Shown here: in pieces, positions 63,244 to 64,000 of the stretch | How positions within the stretch are numbered: the first letter of the stretch is position 1 | Layout of the letters: each line of letters starts with the position of its first letter | DNA from: the human T2T-CHM13v2.0 reference genome, Homo sapiens | NCBI RefSeq assembly: GCF_009914755.1 | Contig: NC_060928.1 | DNA length: 64,000 bases | Strand: one strand, 5' to 3' | Position numbers and translations under genes: made by a program | The notes under the pieces: generated by a model | Databases searched by the model: none | The model's input: the letters and a program-made list of their open reading frames with translations, nothing else | Told to the model about the DNA's origin: nothing

Positions 63244-64000
63244 GTACAGTATATAATACATACTTTGGGTACTTTGATATTTTATGTACAGTATATAATA
63301 CATACTTTGGGTACTTTCATGTTTTATGTACAGTATATAATATATAGTTTGGGTACTTTGATATTTTATCTACAGCTTATAATACTTACTTTGGGTAATT
63401 TGATATTTTATGTACAGTATATAATACATACTTTGGGTAGTTTGATATTTTATGTACAGTATACAATATATAGTTTGAGTACTTTGATATTTTATGTGCA
63501 GTATAAAATATATAGTGTTGGTATTTTGATGTTTTATGTACAGTATATATTTTGAGTACTTTGATATTTTGTGTACAGTTTATTATAAATGTTTGGGTAC
63601 TTTCATATTTGATGTACAGTATATAATACATAATTTGGGCACTTTGATATTTTATGTACAGTATATAATACATACTTTGGGTACTTTTATATTTTATGTA
63701 CAGTATATAATACATACTCTGGGCACTTTGATATTTAATGTACAGTATATAATACACACTTTGCGTACTTTGATATTTTATGTAACGTATGTAATACATA
63801 CTTTGGGTAGTTTGATATCTTATGTACAGTATGTAGTACACACTTTGGGTACTTTGATATTTTATGTACAGTATGTAAAACATACTTTGGGTAGTTTGAT
63901 ATTTTATGATCAGTATATAATACACATTTTGGGTACCTTGATATTTTATGTACAGTATATAATACATACTTTGGGTACTTTGATATTTTATGTACAGTAT
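63244..64000 (+). repeat. Near-identical copy of 1-757 (offset 63,243 bp)
   Basis: Shared rare variants in the same order: ctttcatgtt, acttactttgggtaatt, agtgttggtattttgatg, attttgtgtacag, actctgggcac, gtaacgtatg, atcttatg...gtagtacac, gtaccttg. I noticed one difference (435 G vs 63678 T). Confidence 0.9.

Larger units (their letters stand above)
1..64000 (+). repeat. Human Satellite 1A (HSat1A / SAR, classical Satellite I) tandem array, 42-bp monomer, about 1,540 monomers, single orientation
   Basis: The consensus TATATAATACATACTTTGGGTACTTTGATATTTTATGTACAG (19 T, 13 A, 6 G, 4 C; no CpG) repeats head-to-tail throughout. Two GTAC sites per monomer give alternating 17- and 25-bp RsaI fragments. 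The 17-bp piece on the minus strand reads ACATAAAATATCAAAGT, which I recognise as the classical Satellite I A unit. Family assignment is from recognition, not a database search; species (human vs other ape) and chromosome cannot be fixed from the sequence. Confidence 0.95.

Noticed and set aside
22-63967. Hundreds of ORFs up to 437 aa encoding 14-aa repeats (LGTLIFYVQYIIHT, YYILYIKYQSTQSM, etc.)
   Set aside because: The 42-bp period is a multiple of 3 and lacks stops in several frames on both strands. ORFs overlap in up to four frames and start or stop at cassette indels. There are no domains or gene structure.
1-64000. CRISPR-like alternation of a conserved 17-bp segment and a more variable 25-bp segment
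   Set aside because: The putative spacers are all variants of one consensus, not unique sequences; there is no leader and no cas gene. This is the A/B subunit structure of Satellite I.
1-64000. Inversions or Alu/L1 insertions within the array
   Set aside because: None seen on reading; every segment is T-rich-strand satellite in the same orientation.
1-64000. Strict 378-bp 9-mer HOR or strict ~31.6-kb dimeric period
   Set aside because: 9-mer units are uncommon here and measure 370 bp (one is 377 bp). The 31,695 offset holds for only ~4.8 kb; other blocks pair at different offsets.
1-64000. Telomeric repeat or G-quadruplex array suggested by TTTGGG/TTAGGG-like words
   Set aside because: Only one G-run per 42 bp, separated by about 39 nt of AT-rich sequence; no tandem telomeric hexamers.

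Overview
The whole 64-kb window is one uninterrupted, single-orientation tandem satellite array. The monomer is 42 bp and about 76% AT (consensus on + strand TATATAATACATACTTTGGGTACTTTGATATTTTATGTACAG). It carries two GTAC (RsaI) sites spaced 17 and 25 bp apart, matching classical human Satellite I / HSat1A (SAR) of pericentromeric and acrocentric heterochromatin. I see no genes, RNA genes, transposon insertions, inversions or CRISPR arrays; all listed ORFs are artefacts of a 42-bp (3n) repeat. I found no new gene-based system. The interesting signal is the nested organisation. (1) A conserved five-monomer boundary cassette containing a 35-bp and a 41-bp monomer recurs roughly 95-100 times and divides the array into variable-length higher-order units of 42n-8 bp (n about 4-37). 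(2) These units are reused in shuffled order in kb-scale duplicated blocks (offsets 496, 1781, 3194, 5681, 6275, 8119, 8256, 18768, 19496, 31695, 49144, 57055 bp). (3) The window end repeats the window start at an offset of 63,243 bp. Block edges were estimated by eye from diagnostic variants and are approximate to about one or two monomers.
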